Origin: Octopus bimaculoides
Taxonomy: Eukaryota
Length of the DNA stretch: 64,000 nt
Direction: 5' to 3'
Assembly: GCF_001194135.2 (NCBI RefSeq)
Contig: NC_068981.1
Location: 131,743,357-131,807,356 of the forward strand
Numbering within the stretch: position 1 is the first letter of the stretch; the number at the start of each line of letters is the position of its first letter. This document shows positions 38,301-50,915 of the stretch, piece by piece. Made by a program: the position numbers and the translations under genes. The notes under the pieces are model-generated. The model had not been told where the DNA came from. It did no database searches and was given only the letters and a program-made list of their open reading frames with translations.

Positions 38301-41300
38301 AAAATAAGACTAAAGAGAACTCGAAACCCTGTGCTTTTTCTACTCCTTTGCCATCCATTTTACATTTGTGTAATGGGGATATTTTACATGGCATCAGTTT
38401 TCTCCACTTGCTTACCATCCACTTTACAGTGTATAGTGTATGTATTTTTCATGGTATCAAAATTAACCCTTTAGTGTTTAAACCGGCCATATCTGGCCCA
38501 GATATTTCTTCTGTTTTATGTTCAAACTGGCCTGATCTAACCTCTCACACCTACCCTACAATGCCATTCTAAAAATAGACAACAACAGCATCAAAATCTC
38601 AAAGTTATGAGACAATATATTATTAATTCAAAACAATATGAATAAATAAGTTTTACACTTGACAGAGTAATTTGAACACTAAAGGGTTAAGGACATTGTT
38701 GAGTCCTTCAGATAGAACTAAGGGACACTCAACCCTATTTCACTTCTGCTCACTCACTAATCACTGTAGCTAAAGTCCGTTGGGGAGAGGGAGTGTTTTT
38801 TTCCTGTGGTACCAGTATATGAATTGTGTGAGGAGGGTGCCTTGTACACTGTGAGTGCAGAGAGTACCCAGTGACCTAAGATGTGTGCTTTTGCTCATTT
38901 AATATGACTGAAGAGGGAAACAGTGGAAGGCCAGAACAGAAGTGGACAAATGCAAGAGAAGGTTGTAGGTGATAACAGAAGTGGTGCAACAGAGAGAAAG
39001 ATTGTGGATGGCAGCAGTACAGAAGAGTGAAGTGTAGTGTATTGAGAGGGAATTTGACCAAATGAAGGTGAGGCAAGTCTATACATGTGTTCATACCATC
39101 TTTCTTACTGCAGAAGCCATCTAAGTTAGCTGATATGTTTCAGAGAAATAAGAATGAATAAAGTGGAGGGTGTGAGAGGAAAGAAGACAGAGGGTAAACA
39201 GAAGAAAAGAATGAGGAGAATATTTGAAGATTGTATATAGATGAAGTAGGTAACATTCTTTGGTGAAAATGTGATAAGGTGGTTACATAAAAGAAACTAA
39301 GTTTAGAACATGTAGGCAGAATTTTGAATAAAACAGAATTTCAATTAATGTAGTAGGTGGATCATCTACATATGTTCTAATTGAAGTTAATTATTTTATG
39401 AACATTAAATGTCAGACCATTATTCCTTGAAAGAGTAAACAGAAATGAAGCCAAAACAGAATTTTGTAAGGTGGAAGAAAAGAAAAAGGATAAAAGATTA
39501 GAATGAAGGTGGAAGTTCTATCATTAATATGTAATAAGTATAGAGTAGAGAACTGAAGCTGTTGTAGAAGCAAATAGGAAACATACTGTTCATATGGCCA
39601 TGTGTACGATAATAATCTAAGTCATTTTGGAATGCTTCTTCAAATGTTTCTGATCTTTCACGCAGTACATCCTGCTTCTGTTTTACCTTTTTCTCAGCTT
39701 GGATTGCAAGTTCTATGTTCTTTTGAGCTGAAAAAAAATACAAATAACAGTTATTACTTACAACAAAAGTGCCTTTATTCACTGAAGTGTTATAAAAATA
39801 TTTTTCTAAAATCATTTGACAGAGAGGTAGTGCCATTAACACAGGCCAAATTACGACGATGAGGTTGATATAGTTCATGTTCAGTCTGAATATCTGTAGG
39901 TTGAACTTTTAGGAAAACATGAGAAGATTGATTAGGAAAAAGGGTTTAGTGCATGATCTTGAGAGGCGGAAGAATGCATGAAGTGAACTGGACAGAGTGG
40001 TATGCTGCTCACTAGCACAAAGAGATGAAGTTACTGTGTTGGTAGAAGAGACTATTTTGAGCCAGTGATATTTTTGCGTTGGTGAGCAAGTCTTCACCAA
40101 TCAGCTGGACAACCTTCTTTTAGATATAATCCAAACATGCACAGTACAATTAAACTTCATAAAGAGTGGGTAATTGGTTGCATTGAAGTTGTCATTGTTG
40201 TGCAAGTAATAAACAAGGCAGAGGCAATTGATGTAAGTCAGTTACTGTTTCTCTACCGAAGTATTTTATGACCCTGGACAGGAAACCTAATCTTTAAAAT
40301 GCAACAGGTACAAGTACAATGAACTTGCAAATCCCAAGATTTTTGTACACACTGGTTGCTAAAAATTAGAGGGAACATTAACCCTTTAGTATTTAAACCA
40401 GCCATATCTAGCCCAAATATTATACTTGTTTTATGTACCGACTACCCATATTCAGCCTCTCACACCTACTCTACATTGCCATACTAAAAATATACAAGCA
40501 CATCATCGAAATCTCAATACAAAAAGATAATGCATGAGTAATTCAGAATAATGCAAATAAATAAGCTTTACATTAGACAGAATAATCTGAATGCTAAAGA
40601 GTTAATCTCTGACTTCTTTGTTCAATGTGAGCTTCCTTTTTCAAGACAACTTGGATACTTGGATGTGGTTTAAAAGAGATTTGGCTGCTATCTCTAGCAA
40701 GTAAAGTAACTACATAGAGACTGCCTCATTAGTCCAGATTAAATGTAGTTGAAGTTTTACATAAAGCATTTAAAAAAAAAAATTGTCAACTTTTCACTTA
40801 TAAGAAATAATTTTTGAAAATATAATTTTCATTCCCCTTATGATAAAGTCATCATGCATTAAAAAGCAGGGGAGATGATGATGGGAAATTAGTGCTTACT
40901 GTTCAGCCGGAATTGTTCTAAGTTGATTGATGGTGGGTAAAATAAAGAGTGGGCAAGATGTAATAGTATGGCATCTAGAGCTTAGGGTACAGTAGTAAAA
41001 AAAAAAAAAGATTTGGTGCAGATGAGTTCAGAGGTTAACACATGGTAGTACTATAGGGAGAAAAACAGCAAAGGTTGTAGAGTGTTATTAAGTTAAAGTT
41101 TAACTACTAGGAGACTAAACTTTTCTTCAGTTTATTTGGGAAATAAGACTACAGAATAAATGTCTCTAAAAATATCAATAAGAAAACTACAAGAATGATT
41201 TCTTTTTAAATACAGTAATTGTATAGTAAAAATGAAAAGATATTTCATCTTACATGCTAATCTTTTCAATTCTTCTTCTTTCTTTCTCCTATAATTATTG

Positions 41301-44300
41301 AGTTGGTCTGTGTGTGATTGCATATGTTGTTTCAGTTCCTGGGTTTCGCTAACATTCTCCAATCGCACAAGGGCTGACTCAACTGAATCACAACTCTCTT
41401 CTAAGCAAGCTACATAAAAAAAAAATTATCTTTACATTATATAGAGAAACACATGGAAAATTTCATAAGCTTTACAGTTTTGAGTGACATACTGAAATTT
41501 ATGAAATAAAACAAATCATTAAACATGAAAAACACTTAACCTCTTTAAAAAACCACACAATGAGTGCTAACCCCAAAATTTTCAACCTAAGGTGGTGAAT
41601 TGTTTTGTTTTTTTTTATTTTTCTTGGTTTTCTTCTCTTCTTCTCATTCTTATGTATATATTTAAATCTAATATAATAAATTCAAACCTGAAGTGTTACA
41701 GCTGCAAACTCTGCATAAGTACAACAGAATTTAATTAACATAAAAATATCTTCAAACATTTATATGCAATCCTAATTAAAGATCTGATTAAGTTTCATAG
41801 AAAATTGATACTGCTAAATCTTTCATTAGCTTAATAACATCCATATTCACCAGGTCTATAGACATTATCAGTAACACACTTTGAAAACTTGATGTGATCC
41901 AAGCCACTGGCTTCACAGAGGTTCCTCTACCCAGCATCCTGTGAATGTTGTCAGTCAGCAGCTGACTCTTTCACTAAGACTGCACATCCAATATACTGTT
42001 ACCTATGGCTTTCCCTATAACCCAATGAGCAGTGAACTCAAAATCAGTTCACTGTTTGAACCCTCACCAAACACTACAAGATAAGGCTTGATGACACATA
42101 CACCTGCTTGCTATGGATTGTTCTGAAAATTTTCAGGGAAAAGCATCAGAACAAAGAAAGGCTGTGTGGCAGTCTTTTTACTATCACTGAGATAGACACG
42201 TGTTTTTCAGATTGTTGGAGAGTTAAGCAAGACCTTGTTAGTGATACACTAAACTCCTATGGACACACTGACATAGATACACACAATTTGGCCACCCAGT
42301 AAACAAATCATTCATCAACTAGCTTTGTATGGACACTGAATGTTGCCCTGCTGATCTCCTGAATGCTATGCAAGATTGTGATGGGCAGCACGACTGATTC
42401 AGAGCAAATCTGAGCAACCTCAACCCAATGATTACTGCTAAAGGTAGGGAACAGCTAGTAGCACAATGGTATGATAATACATTGGAATTTTAAACTGGTG
42501 ATATGAATTTGATTCCTATCTATTTCTTTTGTAGCTAGTATTGTAGTGCGACAGTAAAGCTTTGTTGAAGAAAGTATGTAGGCTGCTTTTTATTTGCAGT
42601 TGGAGTGTTTTTATTTGTGACACTAAGGCACTTGGTGTAACCATTCATATCACTTCTTATGCTCTTTATCTAGTAAGTGTAAACAAAAGGTAAACATTGA
42701 TATTAGTTTCCTAGCTGCTTGTCAATGCCAGTGCATGTGATCTTTCTATTCCTTGTCAATCTACATAAATTCCAAAGAATGGAAAAAATGAGAAGCATTG
42801 GAAATCTTGCTTACCCAATAAATCAGTCAAGTTCTGCAAAACACCCAAGAAACTTGGAAGACTTTTCACTTCTCTATAAAATCCAGTTAAATTGTTACAG
42901 TTCTTTTTTATATCACCATATATAATTTGGATTTCACGGTCCAATGACTGTAGAAATAACAAAAACAAAATTAAAACCAATAACATTAATAATACAAACA
43001 TTTTAAGAATCATTCTAAAACAGTTGGACTGTACCTATAACCATCAAAAAGATGGCACCAAAGAAAATTAAGATATTGAATAATTCAAGACTGGCCTTCG
43101 TGCCGGTGGCACGTAAAAGCACCCACTACACTCTTGGAGTGGTTGGTGTTAGGAAGGGCATCCAGCTATAGAAACTCTGCCAAATCAGATTGGAGCCTGG
43201 TGTAGCCATCTGATTTACCAGTCCTTAGTCAAATCGTCCAACCCATGCTAGCATGGAAAGTGGACGTTAAATGATGATGATGATTAAACAAGAATGTACA
43301 GGAAGCTGGTATGTCATGTAGAGTTAGATACAGGCTCAAGGTTTAAGAAGAATCAAACTGGACTTTGAGTTAAAGCCAATCAATTTACTAGATAATATAT
43401 AAACTTACATACTGATTAACTATAATAATTTCAAAAGTAGAAAAAGGTAAAAAAGTTTATCATTTATAATGTGTGTATCTATTTTGGCCTTCTAAAAGTT
43501 GATAGCAAAATAAATTAAAAGATTTTCCTTAACTCTATAGAAATAGAAATTTGTGCAAGGAGCAAAGTTTGTAGGAAATATTTTTGTGCAAGAAATGAAA
43601 CTATTTTTTTACACAAAACTAAAAGTAAAATAAGGAATTCCATTACCTCAGCTTTCTTGGCATTTTCTTCATTGGCTTTTTGTATATCTTTCCATAATAA
43701 CTGATACCTGTAAGTAATGCCACATTTCCTTTTATCACAAGAATTTCTGATTGATTCACAAGCATATTTACGAACAAGCCACTTCTTTTAAAAGCAAGAT
43801 TCATGTCATCTTCATTATTATTATTTTCATATTCTCTAAAAATATCTTAACTTGTTATTCAGTTGAACTGAATAAAGCAAATAAGGCTTGTCCTGATGTA
43901 ATACTACTTGCATACTTTAAACTCATAATGTATTGTTGTTACTTTTGAAAGACAGAGAGATGGTATATATCATGGGTATGATAAACCAGATGATTGGTTA
44001 CTCCGGTATAAGGATCTTGCTGTCTTTACAAGAAAATAATTTAGGAAGCTCTTATTAAACCCTATCGATTCCCCAGTAAATTTATATTTTTTTCATTTTG
44101 AAATGTTACAATAACAAAATAAATAAATAAACAATGAATAATATTTTACTTGATGCATTCTAGCAATGTTTTAAAGTTATTAACATCAAAGTTACAGGCA
44201 AGAAAATTGACTAATACAATGAACCTTGAACAAGCCATTTGTCATTTTTAAATACCATAATTTTGCCACAGTATATTAACCTCATGTTCTTAATGGCAAT

Positions 44301-47300
44301 GTATATTTTCATTCCAAAAAATGTATTTGATATACTTGGCTATTTGTTTGTAACCCATTTTTATAGCTATCAAATAAATATAAATCACAACACATCATAG
44401 AAAACTTAATAACAGCTAGTAGCATATTTACAAGATATTCTAAATCTTGAAGATACAAGTTTATTTTCACATGTATTTTCTTAATAAGTAAATGAAAAGG
44501 CTGTTAGAAGTAATGTAAGTTGAACACTTTCAGTACATACTTGTAAAGAAGATCAGCTCCTGCATCATAGTTTACATGGTCTACAGGTTTCACTGTCTTA
44601 ACAGGAGTCAGAACCTCCTGATTTTTGATGAGGTTGATCCTGTTGAAGAGGAGGGAAAAATATAATTAGTCGCCAGCATATTATTCAGATATGAATCGAG
44701 ATTTGTGACACGTCAGGGAAGATCTCTAATCAAATAACAATTGTTTTAGAAAGGGAGTCGATTAACATTTACCACTCAAAATACCTCTGGAATTCACATA
44801 TCACCTATTTCCCCCTCAACTACTGAGCTTCAAAAGTTAAAGCTGAAAATTAACTCTACAAACCTAACCCAGTTGCTCAGCAGTCTAGAAAGACTATGAT
44901 CTTCTTGGGTTAAATTTAAGAAGAAAAAAAAGATATTTTGGTTAATTTTCAATGATTTACAAAGTGAGACTCAAACTGAATAATTTAAAAAACAGGGTCG
45001 TAGATAGTTTAGTAAGTGCAGTTATTTTAATTAGAGATTTGTGTTCTTACATCATTTAGACTCTACAACTGGATGTAGTTAAGTACTATAGTCAATTAAG
45101 TCAAACCTAATAATACACAGAGATCAAAGAAAACTATGGGCCATTCCAAGTCATTCATCCAACTACCTGCAAGTCATAAGATTGATCTGAGCATCCCAGA
45201 GGTGACATGGGATTATACAACATATTTTTTTGATTTACAACAGCAAAATTTTAATTTTATTGTACATCAAACTTTTACAAGAAGCTACATCCATACTTCA
45301 TTGCAGTACAAAGCATACTAACTTCATTAATCTCTATCAATACATGAAAAAATTATTGCTGCAACAAGCTTTGAAGTAATAGTTGAATTTATAATTGATG
45401 ACATATTTATAACATTAAAATTATTATTTCTCATATGGTCAAAATTTACATTGGCTGCACATGGCTTTTAACAAACATATCAATCAGTTCTTTGAATATA
45501 TATAATACAAGACAGTTAAAATTCACAGAAAATTTGTCACTATAGAACAGACCAAGGTTCATATAAACACCATTATTTCTAAAGTTCAATCAGAACATCA
45601 AAACATTTTTGTATTTTATGTTGATATGTGTTCTCAACCATTGTTTTATCTATGGACCCTTTTGATTACTATTTTATTTGAGTGGACCTCCACAGCTAGT
45701 CAATGTTTAAAAACTAATCTTATAGGAACTGCTTTCAAAATCCCTATTTTGTTTTTCATGCATTAACTTGTGTAGCTGGAACTTTGTAAAATGTTAGAGA
45801 AAGAAACCTAGCTGTTTCTTGCAATACATATCAATACATACATCTAAAGTAAAATTTTTTCAGGGGCCTTTAAAATACTATTGTGAACCCCCCNNNNNNN
45901 NNNNNNNNNNNNNNNNNNNNNNNNNNNNNNNNNNNNNNNNNNNNNNNNNNNNNNNNNNNNNNNNNNNNNNNNNNNNNNNNNNNNNNNCCCCCAATTTACT
46001 ATTTTGTTACATGGACCCCCACCCCAAATCTTATATGGACCCTCAGGGGCCACATGGATCCTAATTGAGAATCACTGGTGTAGATAAATGAATAATAGTG
46101 TCTATACATGTATATGTATTTCTCTATTTTACCTGAAACATCCCTTACAAACCTACCTTTATTACAAGTATCTTCCACTCACAATACAGGAATCACACAA
46201 CCAACAATAACTATTTGCATCACATGTTCATACTAGCATAGCTACTTCTGCACATACAATATAATATCCTTCACGTCTAACAATGTTCTTAGCCCACTTA
46301 CACAATCTCTCTCATATAAGTAAATCACATCTTATTTCATTCTTTCACTGCAACATCAATGTTTCAAGCCACTGACTAACCTTTAAAACTGTGCATGTGT
46401 TTGTTTACACTGCTATGTATATCTATATGAGTGCTGTCTTGTGTTTGAATGGTCAAAAGACCAATATATTTATGGAAAAGCAGACATAATTGTTTAAATC
46501 AACTCAGAATTATGAAACACATCACTTCCATTACCCTCAAAAATAATTCTCCATACATAATAAACTACGACAAAGCCTTATTGCTGAAATGTAAACGACT
46601 TCATTATCAATTTTTGGTTATGTAGCAGCAATTAAAGACTTGATAAGGAAACACTGTCTCCCATAAGTTCAACTACTTTCTTATCTCTGATCAACTAACA
46701 CCCTTAAATATAGAACATATAGTCAAAAAACACCCTTAAATATAGAACATATAGTCAAAAGTGCTTGATGGGAAGTAGAACGACATTGAAGGACAAGTCT
46801 CCAGTACATCTGGTCTGTGGAAGTCATACTGGTGGTTACTATGGAAGGCAAGCTACTCAAGGTGATTGTGGACAACTGTTTCTGTTTCCTTTAAGTTGTA
46901 TGAGGTGAGTGCAATAGGTGAGAGAGATGCAAGGCTGCACTTTTACGTGATTGAGAAAGGCTCCTGTAGAGAGAGAGAGAGAGAGAGAGAGAGGTTGACG
47001 AGCTTGGTAAGGATAGAGACTAGTCCTGGAACATATGACTGAGAATTATGGAAGGGTTATTATCAGGAAAAGTCACCTGTTGGGTCATAGTGATTAAAGG
47101 AGCTTTCATATTTGGTGGTTGCATATGCATGATTAAAGAGAATGTAGGTGCAGTTTTGTTGAGTGATGTATTATGGAGATAGAAAGGGAGTGTGCATCAA
47201 ATAGGAAAACTTCTTAAGCTGATGTGTTGATAACTTAACCATCTAGACTGAAAAATGGGAGTTGGAGTATTTTGCAAAGTTGATGGTGTCAGAGAACTAG

Positions 47301-50249
47301 AAATCTCTGTCAGAGAACATGTAATCTCTGCTGCAATATGGTAGGGAGGAGAGCATGCAGATTGTGTAACACAATAAAACATCCTTTGCTTTTCTGATGT
47401 TAATTTTGCAGTTTTGGGTAAAAGCATCCCAGTTGATGGTAGTGATGTCCATACTGCTACAAAACAGTTTAAGTGAGCCACTTTGAGTTTTGGGTAGTTA
47501 TATGGAGAATGAGAAAGGATATACCTTAGGAAGATGGTTTCAGTCACCCAGTGTTAGATTAGTTAGTGTGAAACATTTTCTGCCAGAAACAGACAGCCTA
47601 AAAGTAGCAAAATTCTGACATAATTTTCAGATTTGACATACCAGCCATTCAATGAATTGCTTTTAATAGGCAGTGATCAAACTCTTCAAGAAACAAATCA
47701 TGGATGTTTGTTATGTCAGACGTATATGTTGGGAGTGGATAATTGGTGCTGAGAGTTGATGGCGACAAACAATTCAGCCTTTACTTCAACAGTGGCAGTA
47801 TGGGAGGAGTGTGAGATCCATGGTGTTGATTGAATTGAAGTGCCTAAGACCAGTAATTTCAGAAAGATGTGAGGTGAGATAAAGGTGTTCCATGCAGATA
47901 ATATGCCCAGATGATGGATACCTCATTTATATATATATATATATNNNNNNNNNNNNNNNNNNNNNNNNNNNNNNNNNNNNNNNNNNNNNNNNNNNNNNNN
48001 NNNNNNNNNNNNNNNNNNNNNNNNNNNNNNNNNNNNNNNNNNNNNNNNNNTATATATATAAGGATATTGTTGTTTACAATAATATCAAGTGATACAGCAT
48101 GCGTAAATAACTTCAATGTGTATCAGTGAAAATTTGTGGTTGTAGTCGTCTTCTGGCTGCGATTTTTAGTGTGCTGGTACCACTTGTAGCACACTTAATT
48201 ATTAATATATATATAATCAGGCAGTCTCTCAGTGACGTACACTAACAACAATTTATAAACATTCTTCTAGTAATCAAGAGAATTATTTGATATTCCTATT
48301 TACCCCATGTGAACAAAGAATTATAAAATATATACAATGGGTTAAGATTTCCTAAGCTGATGGACTATCCGTTCTTTTCATGACACATCAGCGTAGACCA
48401 CTATTTATCTGTATGCATATGCGTTGCTAAAATAGACTATTTTCAACAAATTATGGTTATTAAGAGCAAACTTCAGTCCAAAGATGCTCCAACCAGGACC
48501 ATCTTTAAGGCTATTTAGAACCATATTACCCAACGTATTCGTCCCAGCATTCAATGCCCTCTTAAGACATTGAACAGTTACCCAGGAGCCCCACAGGTCT
48601 GGGGCCCAATTCTGATCTATGTACGCTTCGCCTTGTTGACAATAAATACATTGATCTACCCACGAGCCAACAATGTTGCTAAGATGACTATGGCACCACC
48701 ACCGCTTTTTTCCCTTCATGATAGGATGGTGATTTGAATGAGATATGGCTGCTATTTCTGGCTGATCGAGCGACTGTCTGGTTTCAAATTCTGATTAAGG
48801 TTTCCCTAAATTAGTTACACCGGTTATCTATAAAATGTCCAAATAAATATAGGCAGTCGTAAGTTGTTAATAACTGTAACCAACAGATACTTTAAACACT
48901 GATGTAGCTCAATATCATAAAAAATAGTATATTTCTTTTAGAAATAAGAAACAAAAAGAATTCAACTTTGTATACGTTTTTAGTTTCTGATAGTTACTTT
49001 CTCTTCATTTCTCCCTTCGAATTGCATTTTTATTCCGGAGGTTCTGTTTGGCTACGTAGTTACAGTCTGGATAATTAGAGTTGGCATTCATGTCGTTACA
49101 AATAATAATAATAATAATAAATAAATAACTACCGAAAGACACTGAGTATACATTCATCAAGAAATAGTTATTTGTCGAATCCATTATTTTAAAGACATAA
49201 TTTCGTTTGTAGCTTAACTCGCTCTTTACACTTAGCTTCAGCTTTACATTACCCACTATCTCAAATCATAGCCTACAGTCTTAAAAAGAAAAAAGGAAAG
49301 AAGTTAACATGGACATATAAAAAGATGAGATGGTCATATGTGGAACTCAGATATGTCTGCTTGGTTAGTACTGACCTGGGAGTTAAAACCAACTCATTGC
49401 GAGCAGAAAACAGGTGTTAGTAACACTTACGCATCTCCAACTAAAGACAATATAAAATTTATTAACGAACAACAACAAAAAAAATGTCACAAAGTATAAA
49501 GATCAGTAGCAACTGATTCCAAAATCTGAAAAAAAAGGCTTCGTTACCAAAGCACTAAATTCACATAAATTTGGCAAGATAACTGTGATCAGATCACATC
49601 CTGCTCCATTCATAACCTCAAACTTGCCTTCTTGCTCACAATGTTAGAACAAGCATACGATCGAAGACATTCCAGCCGTGACAGTCCTCTCTTTTTGTAA
49701 ATCGAACGCTACAATATCTAATGTATTTTCATTTAAGGCGATAGGGCATAATTTCAGAGGGATTTAGCTGCTACTTCTAGCAGGTCGAGTGACTGAGATG
49801 TGAATAAATAATATATAGTAGCATTATTAGATGAAAAGCTACGAAACTTAACTAACATCCTTTTTTCTTTGAAAATTATACTGTAAACAAACAAAACCAG
49901 AATAAAGAGAAGGGGTGTTTTGAAATTACGAAAAAGAAAAAAAAAACATCTTGTAGATATAAATATTAAATGACTTGTCATATCTAATCCTAGATCCTGC
50001 AGAATTCAACAATGAATAAAGCTTTCCTCCTGTTATTAACTAAAACAAAAGAACTCAGACTAATTTATAAATAATACACACCCATAAATAAAGACGAAAG
50101 ATATACAGAACGAATACACGAGTTGAAATGAAACTGAATTGCCAGAAACAATCCCCGAATAGAAAATATACTAATTAGATAGAATACCCAGCTGATAAAT
50201 CCTGCTGAACGGTATGGAATTTATCCTTAATCACTTCGAAAACACTCAT
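34921..50249 (-). CDS. DTNBP1: Dysbindin (BLOC-1 subunit 8), whole spliced gene model (7 coding exons, 1080 nt, 359 aa)
   Basis: complement(join(50188..50249,44541..44639,43647..43707,42815..42947,41254..41409,39587..39727,34921..35348)). GT-AG introns and consistent phases. Motifs VQQDLSAG, AGADLLYKYQLLW, QLNNYRRKKEEEL and LRERSETFEEAFQNDLDYY resemble dysbindin (VQQDFTSG, AGLELLSRY, LKERQKFFEEAFQQDMEQY), followed by an acidic C-terminus. Confidence 0.9.
36471..36693 (+). mobile_element. tRNA-headed SINE, family A, nested in a family B copy
   Basis: Interrupts the family B sequence gctatagtagaag|acacttgcccaagg. Confidence 0.8.
36745..37010 (-). mobile_element. Decayed LINE reverse transcriptase fragment
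   Basis: IVSFPKKG..LTDYRSIALTPIILK resembles the IPKKG..NYRPIALTS motif. Confidence 0.5.
37696..38088 (+). mobile_element. tRNA-headed SINE, family B
   Basis: ggagtggctgtgtggtaag..ggttcattcccactgcg..gggccgaccaaagcc..aaacaagtaaaag. Related copies at about 8600-9010(+), 11728-12215(+), 22700-22930(+), 23690-23890(-), 25150-25505(+), 25700-26175(-), 30351-30770(+), 36181-36740(-). Confidence 0.8.
38467..38686. mobile_element. piggyBac-like MITE
   Basis: TTAA|ccctttagtgtttaaa ... tttgaacactaaaggg|TTAA, 220 bp. Confidence 0.82.
39587..39727 (-). CDS. DTNBP1: DTNBP1 exon 6 (QKNIELA..FEEAFQNDLDYYRTHGHMN)
   Basis: ttttttcag acceptor, GTATGT donor, phase 1 to 1. Confidence 0.9.
40382..40601. mobile_element. 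piggyBac-like MITE, second copy
   Basis: TTAA|ccctttagtatttaaa ... tctgaatgctaaagag|TTAA, 220 bp, same orientation as the 38467 copy. Confidence 0.78.
41254..41409 (-). CDS. DTNBP1: DTNBP1 exon 5 (CLEESCDSVESALVRLE..EELKRLA)
   Basis: poly-T atgtag acceptor, GTAAGA donor, phase 1 to 1. Confidence 0.88.
42815..42947 (-). CDS. DTNBP1: DTNBP1 exon 4 (SLDREIQ..LQNLTDLL)
   Basis: ttctacag acceptor, GTAAGC donor, phase 0 to 1. Confidence 0.88.
43088..43285 (+). mobile_element. Short RTE-3'UTR fragment in DTNBP1 intron 3
   Basis: gactggccttcgtgccggtggcacg..ggacgttaaatgatgatg. Confidence 0.7.
43647..43707 (-). CDS. DTNBP1: DTNBP1 exon 3 (YQLLWKDIQKANEENAKKAE)
   Basis: cttacag acceptor, GTAATG donor, phase 2 to 0. 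Confidence 0.88.
44541..44639 (-). CDS. DTNBP1: DTNBP1 exon 2 (INLIKNQ..VNYDAGADLLY)
   Basis: ctcttcaacag acceptor, GTATGT donor, phase 2 to 2. Confidence 0.87.
45625..46077. mobile_element. Probable hAT/Charlie-like MITE
   Basis: gttctcaac ... ttgagaatcactg ends and tggacccc internal motifs. No TSD recovered, gap inside. Confidence 0.45.
46697..46760 (+). repeat. Perfect 32-bp tandem duplication
   Basis: aacacccttaaatatagaacatatagtcaaaa x2. Confidence 0.9.
50188..50249 (-). CDS. DTNBP1: DTNBP1 exon 1 (MSVFEVIKDKFHTVQQDLSAG)
   Basis: Not in ORF track. ATG at 50249, GTATTC donor, phase 2. Confidence 0.88.
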
Positions 50250-50314
50250 CACTGGTTTGTTGTCGTTTCACGAACTCCTAAATCCGTTCATCTTTGATGG
50301 CATATGACCTCTAA

Positions 50315-50346
50315 TCACGTGACCAGGTTGGCTTAGATCACATGAC
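50315..50346 (-). promoter_or_regulatory. Tandem E-boxes (CLEAR-like GTCACGTGA and M-box-like GTCATGTGA) upstream of DTNBP1
   Basis: TCACGTGAC at 50315-50323 and TCACATGAC at 50338-50346, 66-97 bp upstream of the ATG. Confidence 0.5.
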
Positions 50347-50353
50347 AAGGATT

Positions 50354-50743
50354 GCATTTTGTTGGCACTCCGTCGCTTACGACGTCGAGGGTTCCAGTTG
50401 ATCCGATCAACGGAACAGCCTGCTCGTGAAATTAACGTGCAAGTGGCTGAGCACTCCACAGACACGTGTACCCTTAATGTAGTTCTCGGGGATATTCAGC
50501 GTGACACAGTGTGACAAGGCTGGCCCTTTGAATTACAGGTACAACAGAAACAGGAAGAAAGATTGAGAGAAAGTTGTGGTGAAAGAGTACAGCAGGGTTC
50601 GCCACCATCCCCTGCCGGAGCCTCGTGGAACTTTAGGTGTTTTCGCTCAATAAACACTCACAACGCCCGGTCTGGGAATCGAAACCGCGATCCTATGACC
50701 GCGAGTCCGCTGGGCCATTGCGCCTCCACTACATGCCTCCACT
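50354..50743 (-). mobile_element. tRNA-headed SINE, family C, with 14-bp TSD, upstream of DTNBP1
   Basis: Head gtggaggcgcaatggcccag..ggtttcgattcccagacc, central block gttccagttgatccgatcaacggaacagcctgctcgtg. TSD ACATGACAAGGATT at 50340-50353 and 50744-50757. Confidence 0.85.
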
Positions 50744-50825
50744 ACATGACAAGGATTAATCCTCTTCGAATTAAATTTTTAACTTGAATGTTATAACGTG
50801 TAAAATTTAGGTCATTCATTGGTAA

Positions 50826-50915
50826 ACTTGCGGCCCGCGGGACTTTACCATGGATTTTTTTAGTAGTGCGGCCCGCCTGATAATGAACCATGTCGAAAAA
50901 AGTTGCCCATACCTA
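50826..50915. mobile_element. hAT/Buster-like MITE terminal fragment
   Basis: Two tgcggcccgc motifs and an aaaaagttgcccatacct terminal-like sequence. Confidence 0.4.

Noticed and set aside
46761-47860. GC-elevated stretch with LINE-like words (INWDAF, TGDF)
   Set aside because: The motifs are out of the expected order and frame, too decayed to assign
49005-49256. Possible extra DTNBP1 exon (LSVKSELSYKR)
   Set aside because: No suitable acceptor or donor, and exon 1 joins exon 2 directly in phase with near-orthologous spacing
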